Shown here piece after piece: positions 37,401-49,077 of a DNA stretch of 64,000 nt. Each line of letters starts with the position of its first letter. Position 1 is the stretch's first letter. A program made the translations under genes and the position numbers. The notes under the pieces are model-generated. The model did no database searches. It saw only the letters and a list, made by a program, of their open reading frames with translations, and was not told the origin of the DNA. Source of the stretch: Emiliania huxleyi CCMP1516 (taxonomy: Eukaryota); contig NW_005202427.1 of the NCBI RefSeq assembly GCF_000372725.1, positions 925,581-989,580 on the forward strand, read 5' to 3'.

Positions 37401-38429
37401 GTGCTGCTCTGCATGGTGTGAACGGCGCCTCTTCACACCTCTAGCTGTGAACAGGCGTGGCGATCTCGGTGCTGCTCTGCATGGTGTGAACGGCGCCTTT
37501 TCACACCTCTAGCTGTGAACAGGCGTGGCGATCTCGGTGCTGCTCTGCATGGTGTGAACGGCGCCTCTTCACACCTCTAGCTGTGAACAGGCGTGGCGAT
37601 CTCGGTGCTGCTCTGCATGGTGTGAACGGCGCCTCTTCACACCTCTAGCTGTGAACAGGCGTGGCGATCTCGGTGCTGCTCTGTATGCGCTGCTGCGCGC
37701 AGGCGCGGGGAGGGGCGCCCACGCCCTGACGCGGCACTATCTCCCCATATCTCCCCATATCTCCCCATGTCTCCGCATGCCTCCAACGCCTCGTTTTGAG
37801 TTTAGCCAGCCACCATGCGTCAGGTGGAGGAGGGGGCATACGCGTTTGGCTGCTGCTGCGTCAAGGTGGAGGGCCACTTCGACGGCAAGGCGCTCGGCTG
37901 CTGCTGCGTCTCCTTCTTGCCTCCGCGCGTGCGCGGGTACGACTCGCGCAACGCTCGGCCGTACGACAAGTTCTTCCCGCAGGGCGAGGGCGGCGGCGGC
38001 GAGCCCGGCGAGGGGGGGGCAGAGCGGCACGCTCGATCCGCGCCCAAAGTCAGGCCGCTGTCAACAGGCGAGCTCGGCGAGGAGGAGGGAGGCAAGCTCG
38101 ACGGCGTCGGACTGCTCGGCCGCGGGGTCGGAGGCGGCGGGCTCGGAGGCGGCTCAGCGCGCGGTTTGCCGCCGGGGAACGGGCTGGCCGTTGACTTGGC
38201 GTCGCGCGCTTTCGACTCCGTGGCGGCGTGGGTGAAGGGGTCGGTGGATGCGATCCGAGGATCCGCCCGCCCAGCTGCAGGAGTGGACGAGGAGGTTGTT
38301 GCGCCGACCCGCACTACACATCCTCCCTCCCTCGAGTACGTCGAGACGGTGCGCCGAAAGGTAAACGGCGACGGCGTCTCCCCGTGGCTGGCGCGCGCAA
38401 ACGGTGTGCCGCAAAAGACGCTGGTGTGA
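34451..38429 (+). CDS. Multi-exon membrane protein with N-terminal KHA/doublecortin-like beta-grasp domain and CCC motifs
   Basis: LPDLFLLARHALG...LFLSDGTRVTSIDDLEDGDALLV; several TM segments; exon chain through 37824-38429. Confidence 0.6.
35150..35341 (+). mobile_element. Introner-like repeated intron, copy 2 (GT-AG, 192 nt)
   Basis: Colinear with 13025-13217; intron start GTGCA equals next exon start GTGCA. Confidence 0.7.
37386..37684 (+). repeat. 68-bp tandem repeat (~4.4 copies) containing exon sequence and splice sites
   Basis: Units start at 37386, 37454, 37522, 37590 and 37658. Confidence 0.95.
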
Positions 38430-38952
38430 CGTGCGGGGGGAGAGGAGGCGGAGGGGGAAGAAGGGGCGGATTGGGCGAAGGGGAAGCTCTCCGTCTCCCC
38501 GCGCTGCGCTCCGTGTGCAATCATCTGCCCATGGGACTCGATGCGCTTGGACGTGCAAACAGGTGCGCGTCCGAGAGGTGAGATATTTGCGTGTGACAAG
38601 CAGTGGGCCGGCGACCTGAGGCGCCGGCGCGAGGGAGAGTAAAAAAAGGCGAGACACTGTATAACGTTACAGCCAAAGCATTTTGGACCATGCTATTTTT
38701 GGAGTCCAAGTTGGCCGCAAGAGGCAAGTTGGGCCCGTAAGTGTAATTTTTTTGAGACGACTACGACACCCACCCGTTGTCATTTTCCAAAATGGAAGTG
38801 TAAAACCCTCATGGCACATGGCTCATGTGGGCCGGACCCCCATGATTTTATGCGCCACCGAGAAATCTGTGATGCTAAAGCCGTAGCCTCTACCGGGCTC
38901 TAGGCGAATCGTCCTTGTTTAACACAGACACACACAACACACCGCACCGAAA

Positions 38953-39125
38953 TCTCTCTGACTCTCTCTCTCGCTCTATCTCGGTCGAGATCAACTCTCT
39001 CCGCTCTCTGCCTCTCTCAGGCTCAGCTCTCGTCTCTCTCCAGTCTCTCTCTCTACTCTCTCTCTCAAGCTCTCTCGCCGCTCCGGGCTCTCTCACGTCT
39101 CAGCTCTCGGACGTCGGAGTGACGG

Positions 39126-39173
<48 letters not shown>

Positions 39174-39265
39174 ACTCTCTCTCTCTCTCCTCTCTCTCAG
39201 TCTGTGAGTTACTGAGACTCTCTCTCTCCCTCTCTCTCTCTCTCCCTCCCTCCTCTCTCTTCCTT
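38953..39265. repeat. Degenerate (CT)n tract
   Basis: Direct reading. Confidence 0.9.
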
Positions 39266-39622
39266 TCGGTAGCTAAATAACCCTGGAACAATATCGAACA
39301 GGCACGGACACAACCTCACAGAGCATGTGCACGTCTCATGGGAGGCCATCGAGCAATGAGTCAGCCGCAACTCCAACTCCTGGAACACCACCAAAACCGA
39401 GTCGGCGAGACCTCATCCAGAGAGGTCTACGACTACGACTGCTTACTACTCATGGCGTGGTGCGGGAGTCGCTGCTGCTGCGGAGAGTACACGTACACGT
39501 ATGGACGCGACGCGGACCCCAGCCTTCCCGGGAGCGTAGAGGGGCTGCCGCGCTGGCAGGCGGCCGAGGCCCTCGCGTGGAGATTCGCACTGGACGACTA
39601 TGCACTAGTATGCCGCTGCCTG

Positions 39623-40288
39623 TCAGGCGCCCAGGGAAAGGCGCTTCAGCGTCACTCCCGCGGAGATCTCCTCCTCCGACTTCCGCTTTGTCAGCACAGG
39701 CACGCTCTTGGCGGGAACAAAGAGCTCAGGTTGTTCAATCTGGTCCGTGCCCTCCTTCTCGATCTCCCGACGCGACGCGGAGGCGACCACAACAAGCGCT
39801 CCAAATTGCAGACGGCTGGAGCCCTGCCGCTCGAAGTTGGGCTTTGCCTTTGGTGCAGCGGCCGCTTCCGCCGCCGCTGCCGTCTCGGCCTGCTTTTTGG
39901 CGTTGCGGATTGCACGGTACCGCCGCACAGCATTCGACCACGCCACGCGATAGCCCTCGTTCCCATCCGCAGAGAGAGCGAGGCCCACCTGGTTCGATGG
40001 CGGCGCAGGCATGCCAGTGACCTGCTTCTTGGGTCGGTGCCCAGAAGAGACGCCTCGCGGGCTCGCTTTACAGCTGCTCGAGTTTCGCCTTCGGGTTTGG
40101 GGGGAGGCATGAGCTCCCCCCGCCGCCGGCGTTAGGTCGGGCGGGTGGTAGCGGCTGCCCAGCCCCCGTCCGCGTCGCGATGTGCTCCCCGCGCCTTCAA
40201 AATCTCCCCATATCTCCCCACACACATCTATCTCCCCACTAGCCTCTTCAAGGCCACCCTCTCTCTTTCCACGACCAATGTCGAACAC
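39623..40288 (-). CDS. Hypothetical protein or gene fragment
   Basis: 221-aa frame with protein-like composition (YRVAWSNAVRRYRAIRNAKKQ); no domain recognised. Confidence 0.3.
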   Translation of the reverse strand: MFDIGRGKREGGLEEASGEIDVCGEIWGDFEGAGSTSRRGRGLGSRYHPPDLTPAAGGAHASPQTRRRNSSSCKASPRGVSSGHRPKKQVTGMPAPPSNQVGLALSADGNEGYRVAWSNAVRRYRAIRNAKKQAETAAAAEAAAAPKAKPNFERQGSSRLQFGALVVVASASRREIEKEGTDQIEQPELFVPAKSVPVLTKRKSEEEISAGVTLKRLSLGA

Positions 40289-40868
40289 AATGTCGAGATC
40301 GCCGGAGACTACCTTGAGATTTTATGTGCGTACGCTCTCGCGCCCCCGCGAGCCATTCGAGGTCACACTCACACGAGGTGTCGAGGTCACTCGAGATCAG
40401 CCGAGGTCAGAGAGCGGAGATTCGTTTAGCAATACAAATCACTGATTCACCTCTTTTAATCACTCCGGGAGCGGGACCCCGGGTATTACCTGTGAGGACA
40501 CCGCTCACCGGCTCACCGGTCCGCACTCCTGCCGCAACGACCCTCCCGCGGCGTGAGTGTGCGCCGCGAGACCTTCTGCTTCTCGAGCGCGCGACGGAGA
40601 GACACACCGAGAGACTGGCGCTCTAGCCGACTCCGGTCCACGTGGAGAGAGGAGCGCTGGAAGGCTTTCATTCTCTCTGCGTTTTTTCTCGCACATGGAG
40701 TGCGAGGTACTCGTCTGTTGCCGTCCCTCAAGCTGTCCCTCCGCCCTCTCTCTCCGGCCGCGGCGCGCGGGGCGGGCGCGCGGGATGGTTGTGGGCCCAG
40801 GTGTGATGTGTGCTATCCACACGGTTCCTCGCTACGTGTGCGCAAAATTGGACTACCTCGCCTCGCCC

Positions 40869-42357
40869 TCAGACGTCGTCCTGTACGAGGGGCTCGCCAG
40901 AGGCCGGGTCGAGGAGTGCTGGCGGCCGAGCCGCGGCGTCGCCGCCGCCCGCCGCGCCAGGTGCGCCCACGCGCGCGCCGTCGCCGCCTAGCCGGCTCGC
41001 CTCGACGCGAAGCTTCTGGCACGCTGCCGACCGCTTCTCGTACCCGTCGAGCCACTCGCGCCAGTCGGCGCGAAGGTCCTCAAGGCTCTCCGTCTCGACA
41101 AGCCTCCGCGCCCGCCGCGAAGATAGGTGCTCCCTCTCGCCGCGCAGCCGCGCCGCCACCGCCTCTGCCGACGGCATCGCCGCCTCCTCGAGCGCGCCCC
41201 GGCCGGCTCGCAGCGACCCTCCCAACTGCTCGACAAATTTGGCCTCGGCGCGGCGGGCGATGTCGGCGGCGCGGCGCACCTCCGCGTGCGACGGCGCTCG
41301 CATCGCGTTGACGAGCGGCGCCGACTGCAGCAGCGACTCCACCAGCTGCTCCTTCGCCGCCCCGTCGTCGACAGGGTGCTCGACGGTCCCCGCCAAGCCG
41401 CGGAGCTGCGCCTGAGAAAGCCGGCCCAGCACAGCGCGGACCTGGCCGACGGTGCGGCTCGAGCCGTCGGTTGGCGGAGGGGGCGGGCCACAGCTCGCCG
41501 CTCGGTCGCGGAGCCGGCGCAGCAGTGCCGCAGTCGTCTCACCCTCGCCGCGCCGCACCTCCTCGAGCGACGCGGCGGCGGCGGCGGAGAAGGCGTGCAG
41601 TCGGTCCGGCGCCACTGCTGGCCAGTCGAGCGACGTCCTCCACCGACCGTCGAGGGAGCGAGCGAACGCCGCTGCGGCTGCCGCCACCTCGTCCACCTTG
41701 TCCGGCTGCCACAGAAGCGCGTGAGTCCCTCCGTCAATCGTCTTCAGCTCCGCGCGAGGCTTGAGCAGCCTGAGGAGGTCGAGCTGCTCCGAGAGAGGGC
41801 TGCTCTCGTCGTCGCTACCCCACAGCAGCAGCGTCCGCCCCACAAAGCCAGCGGCAGCGCCCGGCCCGAGCGGAGGCGCCTAAAGGTTCCGGAGAAGGTT
41901 TAGGAAGGTTCGTGGACGTGCCAGTGGTGCCAAGCGTGGGCTCCTCCGGCATCGCCTCTGGCCGGCAGGCGCCCGAGCAGAGCACAAGCCCGAGAACGCG
42001 GGTCGGGTCGCACACCGCAGTCCGCATCGCTACGTTTGCACCGTGGCCGTCGCTTAACAGCACGCACCGCTCGAGCGAGAGCGCTCGCAGCGCGGCGCAG
42101 AGGTCGTAGGCTGCCTCGGTGACGCTCCGAAGCCATGGCTTTGTGCGGCGCGACAGGAAGATGACGCGTCGGTCGAGCTTTGCGGCTAGCACCGGCAGAA
42201 AAAGCTCGCAGAGGCCCGGCGCAGGCTCGAGGAGGCCGGCGATGCAGACGACGGGCGGGCGGTAGGAAGTGGCTACGGGAGAGCAGTCCTGCACGTCTGC
42301 GACCCAGGCCGCGCCGGACGAGGAGACGGAGACGGTGCTGCAGGCCCCCTCCGCCAT
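40869..42357 (-). CDS. Alpha/beta-hydrolase-fold protein with degenerate nucleophile elbow plus helical C-terminus
   Basis: PPVVCIAG, AYDLCAALRALSLERCVLLSDGHGANVA, PTRVLGLVL, TLLLWGSDD, IDGGTHAL; one short intron ending at 41880. Confidence 0.75.
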
Positions 42358-42530
42358 AAAAACGAGTTTTGATCGCTGGAAAGAAAAAATTCCGTCGTTC
42401 TTTTTTTTGCTTCCCCGCGCCCCATCCTTGGCCCCCGTTGATAGTGTGTGGTGTGGTCTGTTACTGTTTTCTGCGCGAGCTTGTTTTCTTTTTCTGTTTT
42501 TCAAAACGCCGCTCGCCTCTTCCCCTCCAC

Positions 42531-42592
42531 AGGACCTGTTCCTTTTTACCCATCTCACAGTAGATAGGTGTCCGTTTTATTTATTTTATTTA
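42531..42592 (+). mobile_element. 3' end of non-LTR retroelement with (ATTT)n tail
   Basis: GGACCTGTTCCTTTTTACCCATCTC...GGTGTCCGTTTTATTT; TSD TTCCCCTCC at 42520-42528 and 42593-42601. Confidence 0.8.
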
Positions 42593-43343
42593 TTCCCCTC
42601 CCACCGATTGTGCAGCCGTACGTGGTACGAGAGAGAGATTTTTGAAAACCAAACCAGAAATCACGACTCTCACAGTGATTTGGGCTCGGCAGCTTGTTAG
42701 CCCTCAGCCGAAGCTGGGCCGGTCCCGTAGCCGAGAGAGCCCGCGCCGATGAGTTCGACGCGGTCGGGGGGCCCTGCGGAGAGGCCAGCGAGATGGCGAT
42801 CGCTACACTTCATGGTGCCCTCGGTGGGGGGCGGCTGACAAGCCAGAGGTCGATACTCTGGACGACCCATAGGATGCCACGAATGCCTGAAGGAGAGGGA
42901 GGCGAGGCCAGAGGCAGGCTCAGCTGGAGCTGCTCTCGGGTGATCTCGCTTTGGTGGCTGAAGGACCCGATGGTCCTGCCGTACGTTCCAATAACCACGA
43001 ATTGTGTGGGCCGTTAAGCCCCTATCGTCTCGAGCGTGTGCCTATCGTGAACGTGGGAATGGCGGGATTCGTGTGAACACCCGTGTGTGCACGTCCACGG
43101 TGCTCGACCGTGCTCGTGCTCTGCTGCGGGTAAAGGGGTATCGTGCAGAACCGTAACTCGACTCGACTCGATATCGTCGCCCCTCCAAGAGTCCCAAAAA
43201 ACCAAAACGGGTCCTCATATAAATAAATAAATAAAAACGGACACCTCGGTCTACCCGGCCCTGCAAACCTTTTTTCTCCTTTGGTATTGATGTGTCATGT
43301 AGTGCACCCTCCGCCCGCTCACAACGTTGAACAACACCAGCTC

Positions 43344-44037
43344 CTAGCTGCTAGAGACGCGGGTGTCCGATTCCAGTTCCGCCAAAGTGTTGCCGTCGAT
43401 CGAGAAGAAGCCGATGGCCGAGGCGCCGCCCAACCCATCCTAGAGCCGCGAGGCGGAACGTGGTGAGCAGGCGGGAGCCACGGCCGCCGGAGAGTGCGAG
43501 GGCAGGAGAGCGCGCCACCTCCTCGAAGAGCCCTCCCGTCCGGCCCGCCGGCAGCTCGTCCTCCATCGCGTCGGGGTGGAACCCCATCTGCCCTTGGACC
43601 AGGTTGATGCCAGAGCTGTCGGGGTTCACGGCCCCGCGGTAGACGCGCGTGATTCGGTAGTTGCCGAAGCGCTGCGTCGCGAAGGTGCGCTGGATCACCA
43701 TCTGGAACTCGTCGCTGCCGCACTGCCACACGCCGCACGTGGAGACTGGCGGAGGCCCGTCCGTCTGGCCCACGCTCACCCTGCCGTCCGAGCAGAGGTG
43801 GAGCTGCGAGCGCGACTCGCACGAGTCCTCCATCTCGGCCAGCTCGACCTCGGCATCGCCGGCAAGGAGCGCGGGCGCGTCGCCAGGGAACTCGGCGCTC
43901 GGAAGGAGCAAGCAGAGCTCGCTGAGCGCCTCACTGATCGCCTCCGCCATGCGGGGAGGGGGGCGCGCGGCCGCCGCGCGCCGTAGCGTCGCTGTCACCG
44001 CCACCAGGGCGGGCGAGCCGGCGGCCAGCAGGAACAT
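43344..44037 (-). CDS. Putative plastid-targeted hypothetical protein (beta-rich), 2 exons
   Basis: Signal/transit-like N-terminus MFLLAAGSPALVAVTATLRRAAAARPPPRM; GQTDGPPP..GVW...FQMVIQRTF...RVYRG; last exon AIGFFSID. Confidence 0.75.
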
Positions 44038-44113
44038 CGAGGACGACACGGACCTTCGCAGGGTGCGGTGGGGCTCGTAGATCGCGGAGCGTCGGTCAGC
44101 GGCTCTGGAACAG

Positions 44114-44190
44114 AGAAATCTTAAGATGCAAGCCTCTCTCACAGCACACTGGCACGACAAGGGCGCAGACTGGCGCGGACTGGCACACAC
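44114..44190 (-). promoter_or_regulatory. Conserved upstream motif, copy B
   Basis: Reverse-complement copy of 21234-21299, ~76 bp upstream of the ATG at 44037. Confidence 0.55.
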
Positions 44191-44394
44191 ACAGGCTCAC
44201 CACCGGAGCCGCCTAAGCGACTCCGTTAAGAACGGCAATGCACTCCGCACCATGCACAATGCCGCTCTCCCCGCACGCTAGCTCGTTCACCGTCTGCCAC
44301 GCCACGGCGGTGTGGAGGACGACAGACAAGCGCTGCATCTGCAGCCCGTGCCAGTTCTTGGTGGTCCATGTGAACAGAGAAATCGCAGCGGCTT

Positions 44395-44605
44395 CTTTAA
44401 GGCCCTTGCCCTGCGAACGCGCACCCCCGGGGCTAGGGCTCTCTTGCCCGCAACCCGATGCCAATCATCCGGCCCGCTGGGTGCGCTTCTGAGCTCCCCG
44501 GCCCTGGATGTGCGGTTGATGACTGCACTCCAAGTGCTCCAAGTGCTTCTTAGCTCCCCGGCCCTGGATGTGAGGTTGCCGACTGCACTCCAAGTGCTCC
44601 AAGTG
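44395..44605 (-). repeat. ~200-bp dispersed repeat family copy with internal 60-bp duplication
   Basis: Reverse complement of the 16188-16335 sequence. Confidence 0.9.
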
Positions 44606-44963
44606 CCAGATGCGGCGCTCGCAGGATGAGCCGCGCAGATGAGAACGATGAGACAGAGTATGGCGCGGCGCAGGAGAGAGAGACGTGAAACGTATGATCG
44701 CGCACGTCCGACATTTTTGGCGACGATTTGGTCGACACGAGCGAGCCGCAGCAGGGCCTCGCAAGCAAGCAAGAGCAGCAACAGCCTTCAATACACTCGA
44801 TGCAGTCGAACCGGCCCGCCCCGCCGCGCTCCCAGGGGGGCGGCCGGCGCGCCGGGGCCCCAGGCCGCGGATGATGCAGATGGGTGAGCAGCCATGGTGC
44901 GGAGGGGGAAGCCGTACGTACCCTCTCACCCCACAACACACACGCCGCAGCACCCGCGCCTCT

Positions 44964-47900
44964 TCACGCCAGCTTCTTGGTCTCGCCGGCGCCGGCCGCC
45001 TCGCCAGCCGCCGCCTCGCCCAGCCGCGCCTCGCGCCGGGAGAGCATTAGCGCGCACGCCGCCCCCGGCCCGACCAGCGGGCTCGCGAGGAGCGCAGCGA
45101 GCGCCTCGGCCGGCGACGTCGACGCGAGGTGGAGCAGCAGCCTACACCCCGGGCCGTCTCGCCTCACTCCCGCCGCATCTCGGAGCGCATGCCGGCCGAA
45201 GGAGAGGGGCGGAGCGGCTCGCCCGAGGAAGAGCACGCCGGCGTCGATCGACATGAAGGCGACGGCGGGCGGCGCCTCGGCCCACAGCGCCCCCACCGCG
45301 GCGCGGGGAGAGCCAAACGCGAGGCCGGCGAGGCAGAGGTTGGCGGCGTAGCCCACAAAGGCCAGCGCCGCCGCCGCCGCGTAGGCCCGCGAGAGCGCCC
45401 TCGCACCGGCGGCCGCCTGCTCCCAGGGCGAGGAGAGGCGAGGCGAGGCGACGTGAGAAGAGGCGCGACAAGAGGTGAAGTGAGGAGAGGCGAGGCGAGG
45501 CGAGGCGAGGTGGAGGGCGAGGCGGGTGAGGCGGGGTGAGGCCGGCTTCACGCCGTCCATCTTCGTGTGCATGGCACGGGCATGGCGGCCTGCTCCGCCG
45601 CCGGCGCGGGGATGAGGCTGAGGAGGAGGGGCAGGAGGGCGACGCCCGGCCCGCCGAGCAAGCCTGCTCACAGCTTAGGTGTGAAGAGACGCTGCTGAAA
45701 GGAGGGCGGCGCCCGGCCCGCCGAGCAGGCCGGCACAGACGGTCCACGCGCGGCTCGCTGGCTCGAGCGCGAAGAGCGCCACCTGTTCATACAGGCGTTG
45801 GCTCACGCGGGCCGTCTCGTGGGCGAGTTTGGCCGAAGAGCGCCGGCCACCGAGAGGGAGAGGAAAGGCGCGGCGAGCGCGATTGACGCGTACGCGCGCG
45901 CGGGCCGGACGGCGCCGCTCCCCTTGCCATAGGCCGCGGCTGGCAGCCACAGCGCGGGGAAGACGACGGAGATGCCCAGCAGCTGCCCGAGCAGGCCGAG
46001 GGCCGTCGGGTAGCGGACGAGGCCCTTTGCGCCGCCGCGGCCGGACTCCGCGTTCCAGAGCACCGTGGCGGGGAGCGCGAGGCCGATGGTGAGGCCCCAA
46101 GCGAGGACGCCTGGGGGGGGGGGGGGGGGGCGGACACGTCATGGACGCGTCCCTCTTCGCCGCGGCTGGAGAGGCGGCAGACGAGGGGCCACCGGCGGGC
46201 TCGGCGGCGAGGGCGTGCAGGAACTGGGTGATGATGCAGACGAAGCCGCCGCCAAGCGCCTGGTGGAGGCGCCATCCGGCGTCATCATCCCGGCGTCATC
46301 TCTTGGCGCTGTCTCGACGCTATCTCTCGGCGCTATCTCGCGCCGGCTCGTACGGGTGGAGCTTGCTCGCGGCGAACTTGGCCGGGTCGCTGCACGCCTC
46401 GACGGCCGGGTCCATCAGCGGCTTGGAGACGATCTGCAGGGAAGGTGGCAGGAACAGTCTCGGAAAGGTCAGATGTGGCTTGCGGGTCCATCAGCTGCTT
46501 GGAGGCGGCCTGTGTCGCCGCAGAGGCTAGTCTCGGCTCACCTCGGCTCACCTCGGCTCACCTCGGCTCACCTCGGCTCATCCCGGCTCACCTCGGCTCA
46601 CCCCGGCTCACCTCGGCTCACCTCGGCTCACCCCGGCTCACCTCGGCTCACCTCGGCTCACCTCGGCTCACCTCGGCTCACCTCGGCTCATATTGGCCAG
46701 TCTCGGCTCACCTCGGCTCATATTGGCCAGTCTCGGCTCATCTCGGCTCGTTTCGGGGCCGGCCTGCGTCGCTGCAAAGGCCACGACGCCAGCGAGCAAG
46801 CCGGCGAACGCGCAGCCCGCCCTCCGCAGCGCCGGGAGGGCCGACGGGCGCGGCTTGACCATCCCGGTGCGCAGCTCAAAGTGGCGGCGGCGAGCCGCCT
46901 CGTTGACGGCGCGGACCGCCGGCAGCCGGCCGATGCGGGTCAGCTCATCGTACGCGTGCGAGAGCTTCGCACCTGTGCGAGGCGGCGGCGCTTTGTGGAG
47001 AGACGCTGTGCTCACAGCTCGACCGTGCGCGCGTTGAGAGCTCGGCACCCTTGCCGACCTCTGTGAGGGGGTCGGGTGCAACCAGGCCGAAGGGGACGCG
47101 CTTGGAGAGCGCGCCGCGCAGCAGCTGCGAGAGCGTGACGAGGAGCTGCTGGTGCGGCGACATCGAATACGCGTGGAAGGCGACCTCGGTCAGCGCGTTG
47201 CCCTCCTTGACGCGCTCCTCCGAGAAGGCGGGCAGCACCGCCTGCGACGCGAGAGGAGCCGGGGGTGTCCACCACGCGCCGGGTGTCGCGCTTGGGATGT
47301 GGGGGAGAGAGACCCCCCCCCCACACGCGCGCGTCTCCACGTCCTTGGAGCAGGCGGGCGGAAGCCGCCTGCAGGTCGTCGGCGGCCGCGTCCATCAGCG
47401 CGTCGAGCGCCGCCGCGTCGGCGAGGGCGGTGTTCATGCCCTGGCCTGCGGGCGCGTCGTGCGCGTGTCGCGGACGTGGGAGCGGCGGGGGAGGGCGATG
47501 CTCCTTGGCGGACCGATGGAGGGGGAGGTGGCGTGCGCCGCGTCGCCGAGGATGAGAAGCTGCAGCTTGAGGGAGTGGTAGAAGGAGCAGTGGACTTGGC
47601 CCGTCTGGGACCAGGGCTGGCCGACCCACACCCTCGCCACCTCGGCCCAGTCGAGCTCGAAGGGCTTGAAGTGGGCCTTGAAGTAGGCCGCGACGACCTC
47701 GGCGTCCTATGGCAACAACGACGAGGCCGATGCTGGTGGTGGTGGTGGTGGGGAGGCGGCGGCGGCGGCGGAGGCGTCCTGCGAGTGCAGCGCCTCGTCG
47801 CACGGCGTGTCGAGCATGTAGCCAAAGGCGAGGTTGATCTTGCCGCCCGTCTCGGGCAGCCCGATGCCTAAAGGAGGGCTCACAGAGCCGTCAGCAGTCC

Positions 47901-48971
47901 GCCTGTCGCAACCGCCGCCTCGCGCTGCGGCAAGCGCCGTTGATGCCCTTGAGGCACTGCGGCAGCACGACCACCTTCTTCTCCGCCACCGCGGCCGGCA
48001 GGTGCAGGTGCAGCGACTTGAAGTTGGTGAAGATGTCGGCGACGGAGCACTCGAAGGCGCGCTCGTTTGCGACGAGCGCCGCGCGGACAGCGGAGCGGAC
48101 GCCGTCCGCACCGATGAGCAGGTCATACGGCAGGTACTCCTCCTACGGGAGAGGGTTCTGAGAAGGTTCGGGGAAGGGTCGGCGATGAGCAGGTCGTACG
48201 GCGGGTCTCCTCGGCGCGGCGGGCGACGCCGCGCACAAAGATCCGCTTCTCGTCCGGGTCAACGAAGAGGACCTTGCTCTGGTAGCGAAGCGTGAGGCGG
48301 CCTGAGCGGCGGAAGTTGTCGTTCAAGTAGCGCGCGAGGGCGGCGACGATGAAGTTGCGGTCGACGACCTACGGGTCACGGCTCCGAGAGGGTCTGAGGC
48401 GAGGGGCCAGTTGGCACAACTAGTGCAGCGCAAAGCGGTCGCCTACGGGGACGGCTCCACGACGGCTCCACGGTGCCGGACGAATCCGAGAGGGCTGCGA
48501 GTCGGACGACGGACGTAGTTCTCGCCGACGTCCTCGGCGCCTGCCTCGATCATCGTCTTGCCGAGGTAGATTGCGGTGGACTCGATGGGCACGCCAACCT
48601 TTGGCAGGAGCAAACAGTGGTGAGGGAGGCGGCGGTGAGTGAGCGGCAGCAGGCGAGGCCTCAACCTGGGAGACGTAGTCCTCATACAGGCCCGGTACCG
48701 CCCGGAGGGCGGTGAGGCCGTGCGTGCTGAGGCCAATCATCCACGAGCGCTTCTTCTCGAGCCCGGCCGCGTCGAGCACGCCGTAATCCTCACCCGTCTC
48801 GACGAGAGTGACGTGGTACTCGACCTCGTCACTGCTGCGCCGGAGCAGGTTGATTGCAGCGAGGAGGCCGGCCGGCCCGGCGCCGACGACGACGGCGCGG
48901 CAAATGCGCTTCGGCTGCTGCATGGCATCGGCCGTGCTGGGCGTCTGCTTGAGAGCGTCGAGGAGGCCCAT
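44964..48971 (-). CDS. Kynurenine-3-monooxygenase-like FAD monooxygenase fused to a multi-TM C-terminal domain, multi-exon
   Basis: VVVGAGPAG, DLLIGADGVRSAVR, LILGDAAHATSPSIG|QGMNTAL; frames continue into YPTALGLLGQLLGISVVFP...LVGPGAACALMLSRRE. Confidence 0.85.
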
Positions 48972-49077
48972 CGTGTGAGCCGTATGAACGCACCCCGTCG
49001 ATCACGGGCGGCGCCTTCGAGTCGATTCGACGCCCTCCGCGACAAGGAAGTACCAGGAATGTTCCCCTTTTTTGTTT

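Noticed and set aside
37386..37684. CRISPR-like array
   Set aside because: Whole 68-bp units are near-identical with no unique spacers; eukaryotic gene context; no cas genes
39356..39660. PLAC8-like Cys-rich gene on the + strand
   Set aside because: Only a weak Cys pattern; overlaps an opposite-strand frame; cannot be supported
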